Shown: positions 62,396 to 64,000 of the stretch, piece by piece
Layout of the letters: every line of letters begins with the position of its first letter
Numbering within the stretch: the first letter of the stretch is position 1
NCBI GenBank assembly: GCA_013265495.1
Contig: MU058475.1
Span: forward strand, 248,001 to 312,000
DNA length: 64,000 bases
DNA from: Vicugna vicugna
Lineage: Eukaryota
Reading direction: 5' to 3'
Translations under genes and position numbers: made by a program
The notes under the pieces: generated by a model
Databases searched by the model: none
What the model saw: the letters and a program-made list of their open reading frames with translations, nothing else
What the model was told of the DNA's origin: nothing

Positions 62396-62441
62396 GCCAA
62401 CATTCTGAATTCTCCCCACCGAGTCTTCTGTGCCCAGATCT

Positions 62442-62914
62442 TGTTGCTGAAGGCAAGTTTGTGTGCCCAAATGCACTGTGAGGCCAAACAAACTGAAACG
62501 TCATCAGAGTTTGGAGCAGAGAATGGTTTATTGCAGGGCCGAGCAAGGAGGATGGGGTGGCCCATGCCCAAGGAAACCCCGAACTCCTCGAAGGGTTTCA
62601 GCAAAGCTTATTCATAGGCCAGGCGCGGGACGGGGCTCGCAGGTATGTGATCAGCTCGTGCACAGTCCTCTTATTGGGTGATGTGGAGGGAACCGGGCGT
62701 CAACACTATCACCCCCTGGGAGCCAGATGGTCTGAAGCCACGTGCTCTTGGTCATCAAGCAGTTTCTTCCCTTTGGTGGTGGTTTTAGCATCTGAAAAAC
62801 TCAGGAAATATACGTGAGATACTATGATGTGGGTGCTTCAGAGAGGGGCTCCCGCAGAGGATATGGGGCAGGGGTCTGACCTGGGAGGGCCCCACAGAGT
62901 CTTGCTCCGTTACA
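62442..62914 (-). mobile_element. Solo ERV1-type LTR, 473 bp
   Basis: TG..CA termini, perfect 4-bp TSD atct (62438-62441 / 62915-62918), minus-strand AATAAA. Confidence 0.9.
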
Positions 62915-63064
62915 ATCTCAGTTGGTGGACTCTCATCCAAGGGACAAGAGGTGACAGTTTTACCAAAAGTTTTATCACTGCCTATCAAGGCTCCCCTACT
63001 TTTCAGCTTAGAGTCAGCCCTTATCACCTGCTGTCCAACAACATTACATTAATGATGGTTACAT

Positions 63065-63480
63065 TTTAGGTTACCTGGGGGTGAACTGTATGTGCCCTCA
63101 AATTCAAAGCAACAGTGGTTTCAACAAGCTTAAGGTGTCTATTTGTCTCACATGGAGAATCCTGGCTGATGGGGTGGCCTCAGGGTCACTGGGGACCCAA
63201 GCTCCGGCCACCTTGTTGTTCCCTCATTCTAGCCTGGGTCTCGCTGGTACACAATGGTTACTGAACATTAGACACTGTCCCCTACTGAAAAGTCTTCCCT
63301 GGAAGTCCCAGAAAGTGCTTGTGTGCATCTCAGTGTCTGGACTTCAGTCACTTGGCCACATGTGGCTGCAAGGTGGCTGGGAAATGTCTTCCATTGTGGG
63401 TGGCGTGTGCTGGGCTACAGTAATGGAATTGTGTTGCTGAAAAAGACCATAAATACGGAGAGACAAGTAACTCTCAGTCT
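63065..63480 (-). mobile_element. MLT1J-like MaLR LTR
   Basis: aacagtggtttcaacaag..tctcacat; gtcacttggccaca..gctgcaaggtggctgggaaatgt. Confidence 0.65.
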
Positions 63481-64000
63481 AGGGAGTCAGGCCAGGCCAG
63501 CCAACCTCACAGCGCCTCCCCCAGCCACAGGCTGGGGCTTGCTCTCAGCAGAGGGACCCAGCGCACGGCTGCTGCGCCTCGGTGCGTTGCTGCAGCCTGG
63601 AAATCCCCTTCCCTGCTCTTCAGCTCCGGGAGCAGACCCCCTCGGATATAAATGGTGGCTTGAAATCCTGTGGGTCCGCTAAGTGTTGCAGAAAGAGTTG
63701 CTCCCAGAGTGACACATGCTTTGCTGTAGACAAACAGAAACCAGTGATGGGGGTGTCAGGCAAATGGTTTTCAAGCATCTCAGCAATGGGAGCATTTCTT
63801 TCACTGCATTCTGAGCACACAGCCCCACATAAAGAAGGGCTCAGAGCCGAGCTGCTTCTATTAAAGATGGGTCTGGGCAGACCTGGAGCCCCGCTCCCCC
63901 TCGACTTCTGTGCAGGTTTCCCAGCTCCTCTGCAGAACTCCTTGGGCTCCTCGGTGCCTTGCTGGGACCAGCTATTCTAGTCCACATCCCTTGCTTTGCT

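Noticed and set aside
57912..62914. Two same-orientation related LTRs as the ends of one provirus
   Set aside because: The right LTR has its own complete TSD (atct/atct), the copies are clearly diverged, and no gag/pol/env or PBS lies between them.
1..64000. Short ORFs in the six-frame track as cellular genes
   Set aside because: None resembles a protein I recognise apart from L1 ORF2 and the hAT remnant; many start at non-ATG codons or lie in repeats, and no coherent exon chain is visible.
1..64000. CRISPR arrays, operons or other prokaryotic-type systems
   Set aside because: The sequence is mammalian; no repeat-spacer arrays or dense ORF clusters are present.

Overview
Mammalian non-coding DNA (intergenic or deep intronic), almost certainly camelid (alpaca, llama or camel), judged from nine copies of a tRNA-derived SINE matching my recollection of camelid Vic-1. 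I found no supportable cellular protein-coding exon; the only recognisable ORFs are LINE-1 ORF2 remnants and a decayed hAT transposase. Roughly half the window is interspersed repeat: old and young L1, L2/MIR, about nine solo ERV LTRs (most with readable TG..CA ends and 4-5 bp TSDs), MaLR/ERVL LTRs, hAT and Tigger MITEs, microsatellites, and one 146-N gap. The best lead is two diverged, independently inserted copies (35979-36277, 51478-51670) of the same unidentified polyadenylated RNA 3' end. These may be an uncatalogued non-autonomous retroelement family or a heavily retroposed mRNA. Other notable items: two further orphan mRNA-tail inserts, a SINE with a 3' extension inside its TSDs, a tailless L1 with a perfect TSD, a three-level transposon nest, and several motif-dense enhancer candidates. 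Family names are from memory and need Dfam/RepeatMasker confirmation. I do not see convincing evidence of a novel multi-gene system.
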